From NCBI RefSeq assembly GCF_009914755.1, contig NC_060928.1: a stretch of DNA of 64,000 nt; one strand, written 5' to 3'. This DNA is from the human T2T-CHM13v2.0 reference genome, Homo sapiens. Of the stretch, positions 49,662 to 62,234 are shown piece after piece. The position numbers and the translations under genes are program-made. Below the pieces are notes generated by a model, which ran no database searches, was not told where the DNA came from, and saw only the letters and a list, made by a program, of their open reading frames with translations. Within the stretch, counting starts at the first letter, position 1. Every line of letters begins with the position of its first letter.

Positions 49662-50759
49662 TTGTTTTAAATCAGAAAGTCAGTTGAAAGAAACCTAAAG
49701 TTCTGCCATAAATATCTAGCAGGTGCTGATGGCCACCTGCCACACTTGCACCAGATTGTCTATGTAGCCAGCAGTCTGGCCATCAGCAGACCAGAGAGGT
49801 GCAATGGGGAGTCTCTGCCTTGCTGCAGATTCCGATAACTTCTTGCTTAATTTCTATGGTGGTCTTGCCTTCTAAGTCCCAGATCTTGATGCTGAGGCCT
49901 GTGGTAGCTCAGAACCAGTAGCAGTTGAGGCTAAAGCACAGGGCATTGATGATATTCCCACCACATAGCATATCAAGGTGCTTGCCTTTGTTGAGATCGC
50001 ATGGCATGGCATGGCATGGCCAGCATTGCCTCCAGAAGCACAGAGGGATCCATCTGGAGAGACAGTCACAGTGTTCAGATGGACTGTGTGGCCAAAGTGG
50101 TTCATCTTCAGCTTGCAGTTAGCCAGATTCCGTACCTTGACCAGCTTGTCCCAGCTACAGAGGTGATAGTGTTGCTGCCGTTAGGTGAGAAGTGGACATA
50201 AGACACCTACTCTGAGTGGCTCTCCACCTGGACAGTGTATTTGTATATACTCAGGGTTATAACCATAACTAGACGGTTTTATCTCAGGATCTAGAGACAA
50301 TCTACAGGTTGTCAATGGAGAAGGCCACACTCAACACGTCCTTGGTATGGCCTACAGATCATCTCATAGTGGTGCCCTTTGTCAGATCCCAGAAGCACAG
50401 GTTTCCATCTCAGGAGGCTGAGAGGAAAAAGTGGCCACCTGAAGAGATGATTTTGTCATAGACAAAGTGGAAATGACCCTCCAGGGCATGCTGTGGGATG
50501 CCATAGTTGGTTTCGTCCCTGTTCAATGTCCACATGATGATGATTTTGTCTCAAGAGGTGGACTGTATCATGTCCAGGGCAGTAGCGATCTGGTTACTCA
50601 GGTATTGTGGCCTTCAAGAGTGTCACAAAGGGTCTTCTGCTCTGTGATGGTGGTGTTGAGGTCAGGTGTCACTGCAGCAACGAGGATGCCACTCAGAGAG
50701 ACCAGAGGGACAAACACCACAGCCAGTCCTGCCACAGCCCTGCCACAAAAAAGTAAGCC
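49662..50759 (-). pseudogene. RACK1: RACK1 (GNB2L1) processed pseudogene
   Basis: Minus-strand translations give RACK1 WD40 pieces ([61 protein letters not shown]); intronless CDS remnant 50648-49716 (ATG>ATC, TGA at 50598-50600, frameshifts, TAG kept at 49716-49718); 5'UTR and 3'UTR remnants; decayed TSD 49647-49661 / 50760-50774. Confidence 0.96.
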
Positions 50760-51149
50760 AAGCAGGGAAATTTTAATACATGAAAAATACAAAATATAGG
50801 CATAGGATGGAATAGTTTCACTAATTTAGAGTCTATGTGAAGGGCAATATTGGAGAAGGTAATTATGTACAAAAGTATCTTGGAGCTGGTTGAATTGTTT
50901 GCCCTTTGCCCTTTATGAGTCACATATATATGGAGAAAAGAAGTTGTCTATTGCCAATTGGTACAAGGATTAAAATTAGGAACTATGAACATTTCATGGC
51001 AGAATTTTTGACAATATATAAGTAATGAAAAAAGCAGCCTTTTATATTTAAAATATACAGAGCTTATCTCTTATTTGCTGCCAATCCCTAGCACCCTGTA
51101 CAAGATTGATCTATTGATATTTGCTAAATTTGTTAAAGGACATTAATAA

Positions 51150-51285
51150 CTTATTGAATCCGTAATAGGTGACATGAGAGAAATCAGCTCAGGGAAGCAA
51201 ATTATGCTGTCTATAGTCACACAGATAGAAAGGTTGGAACCTGGATGGCAACACGGGTCTGTTTGACTAGAAAACTCCAATCCAT
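51150..51285 (-). mobile_element. MIR fragment
   Basis: GCTCAGGGAAG...GTCACACAGATAGAAAG...GGGTCTGTTTGACT. Confidence 0.5.
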
Positions 51286-52731
51286 CTTCTTGTCAACTGA
51301 ATAGTATTTATATTTATTAGAAACAATCACTGAAAAGTTCTAGATTAAAAATGTATCTAGATCATTGCACAATAAAAAAAATCTTACATCTTCCTTAAGT
51401 TATGATTAATTTTAGTGTGTCAGTAATAAGATAAATTAGTTGTTTGGTAAAGAGGTGCTAATCTGATAAACTCTGAAATTCCTTCTAAGCCCTTTTGTTT
51501 ATTTATCTTACCATGGATACAAAAATGGCCACAAAATAAAAGAAGGATGTGACTATTTTCCTAGGAGTGTGCATTGTCCACCCCAGTGCCTGACAGGTCG
51601 AACTGTTTGTGATGACTCCAGAATACTCTGAATCCCATCAGTAATTCCTTCCAGTGTTGACAATGAAATTTAGAATAGGGACTGGTGGTAGTAGGAACAG
51701 GGATGGTGTCTATGGGGTTGCCTAATAACTAATATTATGGATAATATCTAATACAAAGGGACCTTCAATCTGGCTGGTAGTTCAGGGGAGATAGGATGAA
51801 GTGAAACATCTCTGAAATGTCTGAGCTAGATAATGAAGGTTAGGCCAGGTGAACAGGAATGTTAGGAGTTTGACCTGTAGGCTAAGAAAGACGTAGATAA
51901 AGGCATTTTTGCCTGCTTAGGCTGAGGTTCTCTTCCTTTATAAATAGAATCCATAAAATATCATTAGGTTCTTATATTTGTTGGAGGTTATTAAAATTTA
52001 TCATTACTTGTGTATTTGAAAAATATATGATCTTTTTATTATCTCCAAATGTTTAAGTCTCTGCTGTGTAGTAGCTATGATTTTTTTCCCCATTTCTTTT
52101 GTTTGTTTGTTTCTAGCAGTTTTTGCCAGCTATTCCCTGCTACCTGTGACACCCTTTTTTGCTAAGAAAATACTTCTGTCTTGGGTGCTAGTTTCATGGC
52201 TAGGGTTTTATATTCTCAAAAGAATAAATTAATTATTAACATATGTTTCTGAAAATAAACTTTTATTATTTATTTCAAAATTTAATAACAGTTGAAAGCC
52301 ATTAATTGCTCTTTTAAAAAACTAAAGAAAATTATAATTATCAGACCCACCTCAAAGCTCTGCCTTTGTCTCTTATCAGTCCATTCCCCTTGCATTTATG
52401 TGTAACAAGTTTACTCTTTTAGTTTATGTTAATTGCTGATATGTCTACTCATAAACTACTGTATAAATAATATTAAGAATTTGGATTGACTAAGAAATTA
52501 ACTTTAAATTGCCTCTATAAACATTAAACTTTACCTTTAGATATTGTTTTTTAGGAAAACCCATGAAGTGCTCCTTTGTAATTAATAAAATAATCAAAAT
52601 AGGTTGTTAGAAAAACTATTAAACACATTGATGCTATAGCAATAATGACATGATAACCAGATAAATATATGAAAGTTTATAATCCACAATTTATTTTTCA
52701 TATCCACAAATTTCTTAAAAAAAAGGTATTA

Positions 52732-52782
52732 ACATGTATCCCAGAACTTAAAGTATAATTAAAAATACATAAAATTTTTTTT
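52732..52782 (+). mobile_element. Ultra-short L1PA (PA7/8-like) 3' tip
   Basis: ACATGTATCCCAGAACTTAAAGTATAAT is the L1PA terminal sequence; flanked by AAA(G/A)GTA(T/C)TAACAT repeats. Confidence 0.8.
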
Positions 52783-53119
52783 AAAAGTACTAACATATAT
52801 CTGCCCATTTAAGAAATATTTCCATGACAGACACTTAGATACTTTGCAAACAATCGTCCACCTCTTCTTCTGATTTAGTTCATGTATTATGCCCAGGGAT
52901 GAAAAACCAGTAGTAAACCAGGGTACAACTAGCCTAAAGAGAACCTTTGCGCAAATTACAATAAAAAATCATCCTATGAACTCAAGGATGATGAACAGAA
53001 AAAAATTCACCTTCCATTGGGGCTCGCAGTCTGTTGAGAAGAATCCAGACTGAACTTCAGCCCCTACTAAAACTCTTGGCCAGGTACCAAGTTACATGAA
53101 CATAAGCAGCAGCTCTGCT

Positions 53120-53697
53120 TATCAGTTGTGCTATGGCACCGAGGAGGGTTACAAACATGCTGAGACATTGATTCTTCAGCTGTCATGACAGCGAAGTGAG
53201 TCTTAACATGGCCAAATGCCATAAACAGAACACCTCCAGGCTTCTGCAGTCTTGTCTGTTTGCTCTAACATCTCATACCTCTATCATTATTTGCTATGTG
53301 ACATGACACATAGCAAGGCTAAAACCAGTCTTGGTCATACTGTTCCCATTCACATATGGGTATTTAAAGGTGGATATTTTAGTAAGCTAGGTTGCATATT
53401 ATTCCCATATAAATGAGAGCCACCTCCGCCCCCAACAGAAACCATGTTGTCAAAATAGCATGTAATGCAAGGAGCCAAGGCAGCCCATATGCAGGCCTGA
53501 AGGAATGTTCAATAGACACCTGGACATTGTGCCATCAGCAAAAAAGGAAACAGCCTTCATGTTCTTAGCAACACTGGGGAACTACTTAATTCATTTTCTG
53601 GAGCCCATGTTAGGAGAAATATTAAATGTCCTAACTGCTTAAGCCACTTTTGGTTTGATATATTGCTACTTGTAGCTGAAAGTATCCTGAGTGTTCC
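53120..53697 (+). mobile_element. Ancient MaLR LTR (MLT1J/K-like)
   Basis: 3' terminus TGCTTAAGCCACTTTTGG...TGCTACTTGTAGCTGAAAGTATCCTGA; 5' boundary uncertain. Confidence 0.55.
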
Positions 53698-53719
53698 AAC
53701 TTGGCACTCCTTCAGTGAG

Positions 53720-54355
53720 TACTCAGTACAGCAGCCAGAGTGATCCTGTTAAAACACAAGTGGCATCTTGTCACCCTTCTGCTCAAAATTCTCAGTAGTT
53801 TTCTCTTTCATTCAGAGTAAATGCCAAAGTCCTTTTTCAGAGCTAGAAATCCTATGTAATCTGCCCTTGCTCTGTCTCCTCCTTTCCTCCTACCTTCTCT
53901 GAACTCATTCCTACTTATTTCTCTTTGTCCATTTTATTTAAACAGACAAGGTATGCATCCAACTTAGGGTCTTTGCACTTGCTATCCTCTGCCTTGAAAA
54001 CTCTTCCCTGATAGCTTCATGGATTGATTCCTAAGACTCTTTTGCTCTTTACATTAATCTTCCTCTCTCATTGAGGCTTTTCCTGGATGCACCATCTAAT
54101 GACGTTCCAACCAGCAATCCCTAACACACCATATTTTCTATCTTCCTTCCTGCTCTATATTTGTCCATAGTACTTCTGTATAACATGTTTCAGTTTTTAA
54201 TTAATTATCTCATTTGTGGTCTGTTATTCCCACTGGAGTGTAAGTTCCAAAAAGAAGTGATTTTTGCCAGTTTTGTTCCATACTGCATGTCCAGTATCCA
54301 TAATAGTACCTAGGACTCAGAAGGCTCTTGATAGATATTTGTCAAATGCATGAAT
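53720..54355 (+). mobile_element. L2a 3' fragment
   Basis: CAGCAGCCAGAGTGATCCTGTTAAAAC...AGGGTCTTTGCACTTGCT...ACTGGAGTGTAAGTTCC...ATATTTGTCAAATGCATGAAT. Confidence 0.88.
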
Positions 54356-54729
54356 CATAGCAGTTAAGCTTACTAGACTACTTGCATTACATTATTCTAG
54401 CTTTGAATGTGACAATTTATAATTATCTGTATAAGATAACCAACATATTTAAATTAATTTAGTACTTTTGTACAAAACCTTATATTGATTTGCAAATCAG
54501 CTGATTTAAAATGTCAAGTATTACAACATGAGTTTTTCATATAACAATTAGAAAGACTTAGGCAATCTGATTTTATAGACTGGTAATTGGTTTGATTGAT
54601 CTAATGTTATTTCCTTTATATCCAAGTGTTCTCATGGTGTGGCCTTGGGATACTATCAGTTCATTGAGAAGAGTTCATTGATATGTTTCAGGTTCCATAT
54701 TCTAACTGAGATAGGAGTTTTTATGTTTC

Positions 54730-55135
54730 ATCAAAAATATCCAAAATTTTATGGGAAGGCTATTGAAATACACTTCTCCCCTCCAGTTACATTCCTGTAT
54801 AAAGCTGGGCCTTCCTCATATTTCAATTCATGTTTCTTAACAAATTGAGTAGAAAATCAGATAAAAGAATCCACTTATCCTCTATTAAGTCAAATACCAA
54901 GGGATTTGCAAGTGTTAGGCAATTAAACTATTCTATTTTATTTAAAACCATTTATATTTATCCAAAAAATATTTGTTAGTTATATTAACGTTTAATGAAT
55001 GAAAAAGCATATATATTGGAAATTATCAGGTTAATTTTGGGTGCAATAAACATCAACAGGTATAATCCACATAAACAAAAACTCTTTGGAAAACTCAATA
55101 CTTTTTAGCAATGTAAAGGGATCCTGAGATTTAAA
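54730..55135 (+). mobile_element. Charlie1-family (hAT) 3' fragment
   Basis: AAGGCTATTGAAATAC...TATAATCCACATAAACAAAAACTCTTTGG...TGTAAAGGGATCCTGAGA; terminal TIR lost. Confidence 0.75.
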
Positions 55136-56548
55136 AAAAAAAAAAAAAGGAGGGAGTCAATTTTTGTTACTATGTCCCTTCTGTCTTTATTTGTTAAAAC
55201 ATTTATGTGTTTAACACCTCCCAGCCCCGTCAAGACCCGATATTCTACCATCCTGGTAGTATCTTCACACTACTGGGTTTTGTTTAAATGCTAAGTAGCT
55301 TTTAATCATATTATCTTAAATATGATTTTTTTCTCCAGCCAAGACACCAATATTTCAGAGAAGCCATTTCATGGCAGTGACTCACACTTAATTGTTGCAT
55401 CTGATGCCCTTAAGAGGGTACAAAGCAGTGTAAATGCTCAACGAATAAAAAAATGAATTAATGAATGAATGATATATGAAGAGATGGATATAAGCACTTT
55501 CCTTTTAGCTAAAATAAATCTAGTTTGCTATTTTATGTTTCAAATTATTTAACATAGAGCTTGTTATATTGCTGACAGTTTTCTTTCTTTTTTAAACTTG
55601 CAGGAATATGCTGTCAAGTCATTTGTTTGGTATGAATCTATAGCTAAGTAACCAATTTTGATAGTTAACTTGATAGTTAATGTTGAGAATGTCAAAATAT
55701 ATCTCCACAAATGATCAGATTAATAGATATGTAAGAATTCCTATTGCAGATTCAGTTTCAGGAACTTCCTGCTAGGCTTTCTTGACTTCAATCTCCAACT
55801 AAAAAGTCTGAGAAACTGTATTCCCCTACAACTCCTCAAGTAATTGGTAATATTGGTCAAGGATTGTTTCCTAAATAAAACCAAAGCCGATTACATTTGA
55901 GTTGCTAAAATCAAAATAGGACTATACTGATTTTAGTTCCCAGGTCCACTTTGACTCTTCTACCAGTCACTGGCAACCAAAGTTTATTAAGTTAAATTTA
56001 TTCAGAATTCATAATGACTTTATTGTAGAAATCTGCGAATAGATTTGCACTTGATAGATAGACAAAAATTACCTTTGATAGAATTAGTAAATTAATAGTT
56101 TTAATTGGATTAGGTAGGGACTTAAGATGAAACTGCTTAACTTATTTAAGAAAACAACTTGGTCTAAGCAGTCTACTAGAGCACTTGTATAGAATAGTGT
56201 GCTAATTATGTGTTTCTTATCTCTTCATTAAGGTAGATTTGTCAGAATCATTCTTTGGCAACATTGTTTAATAATTGGTTTATATTGCTTTATAGCCCTG
56301 AAGAAAATAAATTCATATTTGGTTATAAATGCCCTACATTTCTGACTTTTAACTAATTACAGATGATAACTTCCTCACCCCAATTAACTCAATTAATGAA
56401 GTTTTACATTTTTTTCTTTTTCTCTTGTGTGATTTTGGTAATGTTAATCAACACTGAAAAACATTGTTTTTCAAAAATTTGCTAGCTTTTTTTATGCTCT
56501 GTTTTAGTACATGTTGAAACAGGTATAAGTAACTAAAAGAAGGCAAAC

Positions 56549-57840
56549 AAGTGTCTGTACATATTCTTCACCCACTTTTTGATGGAGTTGTTTGTTTTTT
56601 TCTTGTAAATTTGTTTAAGTTCCTTGTAGCTTCTGGATATTAGACCTTTGTCAGATGGATAGATTGCAAAAATTTTCTCCCATCCTGTAGGTTGCCTGTT
56701 CACTCTGATGATAGTTTCTTTGGCTGTGCAGAAGCTCTTTAGTTTAATTAGATCCCATTTGTCAATTTTGGCTTTTGTTGCAATTGCTTTTGGTGTTTTA
56801 GTCATGAAGTCTTTGCCCATACCTATGTCCTGAATGGTGTTGTCTAGGTTTTCTTCTAGGGTTTTTATAGTTTTAGGTTTTACATTTAAGCCTTTAATCG
56901 ATCTTGAGTTAATTTTTGTATAAGGTGTAAGGAAGGGATCCAGTTTTCTGTTTTCTGCATATGGCTAGCCAGTTTTCCCAGCACCATTTATTAAATAGGG
57001 AATCCTTTCGTCATTGCTTGTTTTTGTCAGAAGACATTTATTGGGCCAACACACATATGCAAAAAAGGTCATCATCACTGGTCATTGGAGAAATGCAAAT
57101 CAAAACCACAACAGGATACCATCTCATGCCAGTTAGAATGGCAATCATTTAAAAGTCAGGAAACAACAGATGCTGGGGAGGTTATTGAGAAATAGGAACA
57201 CCTTTACACTGTTGGTGGGAGTGTAAATTAGTTGAACCATTGTGGAAGGCAGTATGGCAATTTCTCAAGGATCTAGAACCAAATACCATTTGACCCAGCA
57301 ATCCCATTATTGGGTATATACCCAAAGGATTATAAATCATTCTATAAAGACATATGCACACATATGTTTATTGCAGCACTATTTACAATTGCAAAGACTT
57401 GGAACCAACCCAAATGCCCATCAATGATAGACTGGACAAAGAAAATGTGGCACATATACACCATGGAATACTATGCAGGCATAAGAAAGAATGAGTTCAT
57501 GTCCTTTGCAGGGACATGGATGAAGCTGGAAACCATCATTCTCAGCAAACTAACACAGCAATGGAAAACCAAACGCCACATGTTCTCACTGATAAGTTGG
57601 AGTTGAACAATAAGAACATATGGACACAAGGAGGGGAACATCACACACGAGGGCCTGTCAGGGGTGGGGACAAGGGGAGTGAGAGCATTAGTAGAGATAC
57701 CTAATACATGTGGGGCTGAAAAGCTGGAAGATGGGTTAATAGGTACAGCAAACTACCGTGACACATATATACCTATGCAACAAATCTGAACATTCTACAT
57801 ATGTATTCCAGCGCTTAAAATAAAATTGAAAAAAAAAAAA
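56549..57840 (+). mobile_element. L1PA8-like element, 5'-truncated with 5' inversion
   Basis: 56549-57030 is antisense ORF2 ([31 protein letters not shown]), 57029-57840 is sense ORF2 C-terminus (..TWNQPKCPSMIDW..) + 3'UTR + poly-A; degenerate TSD AAAAGAAGGCAAAC / AAAAAAAAGCAAAAC. Confidence 0.95.
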
Positions 57841-57899
57841 GCAAAACTAGCACTGAGGAAACACCTAAAGCAATCCTGGGACTCATAAACACTCCCATA

Positions 57900-58020
57900 T
57901 TTTCTAATATAATTCTCAAAACAGTGTCCAGTTATTTTAAGAACAGAAAATGAACTGAGGCTAAGAACAATAAATTATTTCTCCAAGATCATGCAGTAAG
58001 TAGGACAACTGGGATTTACA
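57900..58020 (-). mobile_element. MIR fragment
   Basis: AACTGAGGCTAAGAACAATAAATTATTTCTCCAAGATCATGCAGTAAGTAGG...CTGGGATTTA. Confidence 0.55.
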
Positions 58021-59157
58021 TTGTTTTTTTTTTTTTTATTCTGAAAGACTCCTTATGTCTTACTTCAAAATATTTCTATGTTCTCTAAAAAGTGAACTGA
58101 GCTAAGCCTACGTTTTGTGGTGCATAAACCATACCAACATACCAACATCATTATGGCATTAATCATTCATTATGGTACCACTTTGCTTTATGTTCCAAGG
58201 CATTCACTGTCTTCTAGATATTTTTTATTTTATCATGAATAATTTTCCTTATTTAAGCATACTATTATTATTATTTTAGTACTAATAATTCAACTTTATC
58301 AAAACACATTTTTTATTTCTCATTTAAAAATATCTTTAAAGAGTCATAAGTTAAATAACTGTTCTCAGCACAGACTGCTATGGGCAGATGCCAAGAAATA
58401 AGTTCTGTTGAGTTTACTAAGAGATTCTTCATAGTTTTATTTTTTAAGTTGTTTTCTTTCTAATTTTATGGTTTTATTACACTCTTATTTAAACTAAAGC
58501 AAAAATACTTATTCTACCTAGGTCTACAGTCTTCATCACTTTAAGAGGAAAACAAAGCTATTCCATTTAAGTATCTGGGTATTGCAATAATTCATTGTGT
58601 AGTTACAGAACATATCATAGAGCAGTCATCTAACCCTTCTCTCAGACAGCCATTCAAGGCTGCCTATGTCTTTCTCAGGAGGAGATAGAATGGTTAAGCT
58701 GTCATTATCTTCTAGTGCCACTGAAAGGACAATAGTTTCAATGCCATATTGCCTGACATTTAAACTGATATACCTTGGGATATTGAGAAACAGAAGGGAC
58801 TAGGGGAAGGAGAGAGCCAGTTTTTAAATTGTTACTATATAAGAAGATTCTAGGATTTTTTCCCACTCTGAATTTTAACTTGCATTCCATGTAACAAAAA
58901 ATAGACCATGTAAAATGAATATCATCATTTTATGTCTATTCTTTTATATCACTGTGAAAGAAAGCAACAGAAATTTACCAAAGAACCAAAGGATTGTGAA
59001 TGACTTTTCAGAATATGAGTGAGTATGCTTCACAGAAAACCAAAGAGCTGCTCCCCTAATTACAAATGGCTGGTCTGAGAGATGTCAAATGACAATGAGA
59101 TTAAAAAGGTAATGTACAACTCAACAAAAACGTGAGCTAAATGATTGGAGATCCAGC

Positions 59158-59760
59158 TGTAGTATAAAGTTAAACACTTTTACTCTGTAGTCAGAGAAAC
59201 CTGGATTCAAATGCCAATTTCGTTTTTTTTTTTTTTCAAACCTGCATGGCTTTGAGCAAGTTAACTGGCAGAAAGCTTATTTTCCTTATCTATAAAATGA
59301 TTCCAGGCATGGTGGCTCATGCCTGTAATCCCAGTACTTTGGGAAGCTGGGGCAGGAGGATCATTTGAGCACTGGAATTTGTGAACAGCCTGGACAACGT
59401 AAGGAGATGCTGTCTCTACAAAAAATTAAAGTAAAGTTAGCTGGGGGTGGTGGTACATGCCTTAGTTAGTCCTAGCTACTTGAGAGGCTGAGAGAGGAGG
59501 ATCACTTAAGCCATGGAGGTTGAGGCTGCAGTGAGCTGAGATCACGCCACTATACTCTAGACTGGGAGACAGAGCAAGACCCCATCTTGCTATATAAATA
59601 AATAAATTATACATCTATATAAATAAACCCCCCAAAATAAGAAAGTAAATAGAACATAACTGCTACCTACATCTTAACATGGCTCTGACGATTAATGATA
59701 CAGTGCATAAAAGACTGTTTCAGCAATGATTAGTGTATAAAAAGGATGTAATAACTAGTA
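59158..59760 (+). mobile_element. MIR split by an AluJ insertion
   Basis: CTCTGTAGTCAGAGAAACCTGGATTCAAATGCC...TTTCCTTATCTATAAAATGA | Alu | CTACCTAC...GATTAATGATACAGTGCATAAAAG. Confidence 0.65.
59301..59625 (+). mobile_element. AluJ SINE
   Basis: CCAGGCATGGTGGCTCATGCCTGTAATCCC...GGAGGTTGAGGCTGCAGTGAGCTGAG...AGAGCAAGACCCCATCT plus AT-rich tail. Confidence 0.93.
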
Positions 59761-59886
59761 ATATTGGCCACAAATTCTATTAATATGCTTTATATGTAAA
59801 GATATATAAAATAAGTAAGGTATTAAGAGAATACAAATATCAACTTATGAAAATAAAAAAAAGGAAAGATTAGTAAATAAAAATGA

Positions 59887-60548
<662 letters not shown>

Positions 60549-62234
60549 TTAGTCCTGTTATTTGCCTGCACTTTTTCTCTATGCATCCAAGTGGATATAG
60601 TAATGAACTCACTTTTATCAATTACAGTATTCATAGTGTTCATAAGAAATAAGACGTTAATTAGGTCATAGGGAAATGTCAGTATAAACTGACTTTAAAA
60701 GGTATATTGAAAGATATGGTAGATGTTATGTTTACAAAATCCCTAGAATAAATTTAATAAGGCATGTCCAACAGTTGTTTCTTAAAGTATATGCTAGTGC
60801 AAGCCAGAAGCATAGAGGTAATTCAACACAGCATGAACAATACTAACAGGAGCCACAGCAATGCAGGATAACTTTCCATAGCTCTTAATGATTGAGTTGA
60901 AGTCAAGGGCACGATGTAGACTGTCAACATACTTCCAGAGAAGCGGGGGAAGTCTGTAATAAAATCATCTGACATGGACTTTAAGTAGTTTTCCATAAAT
61001 ATTGGTTAATACAAGTCAGGTTGTGATAAAGAACAGTAGAGTCTAAAGTTATACAAGACTCTGGGATGTACTGACACATGTACTTCATCCATAAACCCCA
61101 TCAAGGGCTGTCAAGAATGAGTATCTGTTCTTTCATCCAGTCATAACAGTGGCAATAATGTTAATAAACAATTCAGCAAATTACTTCATGTTGCCCTATA
61201 GCTCAGGAATGACACTTGATGATCTTTCTTTCTCTGTAGCAAATGACTTAAAATATTCTTATTCAGACAGAAGAAGTAATCATATATGCCCTACCTAACA
61301 TGAGCAAGTTTTTACCATCACATAAACAGCTACAGATGAAGAATAAAAGGATAACCAATTCTAAAGGACTGCCATTATCTACCATACCCTAAAATATTGG
61401 ATAAATTGAGAATGAAATTGTATTATGAATTTTTATTAATAGCATAGTGAAAGGATGAACTATTTTCAAAATCTTGGATGTTAAAAAGAATAGTTTTAGG
61501 CAGCAGCTTCCGCTGTTAGCTTATTGGTGGCTGTGGTAACAGGCTCCTGCATAGCACTGAGCCTCCTAGAATCTTCCTCCAGTTAATTTCCTGTGGGTGA
61601 CGATCACTCCTGAGCCAACACCAGCACATTTTAACTTCTTCAGGAGCAGCCATCATGACATGGAAAACTAACTGCTTTTTTAAAGGATGTTTTCACAGAT
61701 ACCTGTTGAAATCAGATAGATTCATGTCAAATAAGTTAGGTCCCAAATTCGTTTTTTTAGCAGCATTGATTTGAAACTGTCAGTTATGATAGAGTAATAT
61801 CTACTTAAAGTTGATTAAGAGAATATTTATTCCTTGTCGGTGTCAACTTAAAGGATTTCCCCTGAACCTTTATATTTATATTGCAATGTAAGAAACAAAT
61901 GCTAGTACTGTGTCAAAAGCTATTGCCATTCCAATGAATATCATCAATATTTCCTTCAACAATATGGGAGGTTCTCTTTTGATTTTTATTTCATATATTT
62001 TCTTTTGTTTTGTCTAAGGAATTTCATTTCATATCTCAGGCAAAGATAATAAAACCATTTTTCACCATAAAGAGTTTAAATGTTTCTATTTTCATTTTGC
62101 TTTTTATTCATTTAAGCCTTATGTGTTGTTGTCATTTGGCATTATAACAGTGGAATATTGTCTATAGGTGATCTCCACATTCTAGCATAAAGATTAGTCC
62201 TTTTATGAGATGGAGAAATGAGGGATTGTGAATT

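Noticed and set aside
49872-50792. RACK1 fragments as a functional retrogene
   Set aside because: Start codon lost (ATC), early TGA, several further stops and frameshifts
52946-52955. TTTGCGCAAA C/EBP-like palindrome and scattered AP-1/octamer motifs
   Set aside because: Short isolated motifs expected by chance; no supporting cluster
56533-57704. ORFs with clear protein similarity ([16 protein letters not shown]; TWNQPKCPSMIDW)
   Set aside because: Broken L1 ORF2 fragments in a truncated, inverted element
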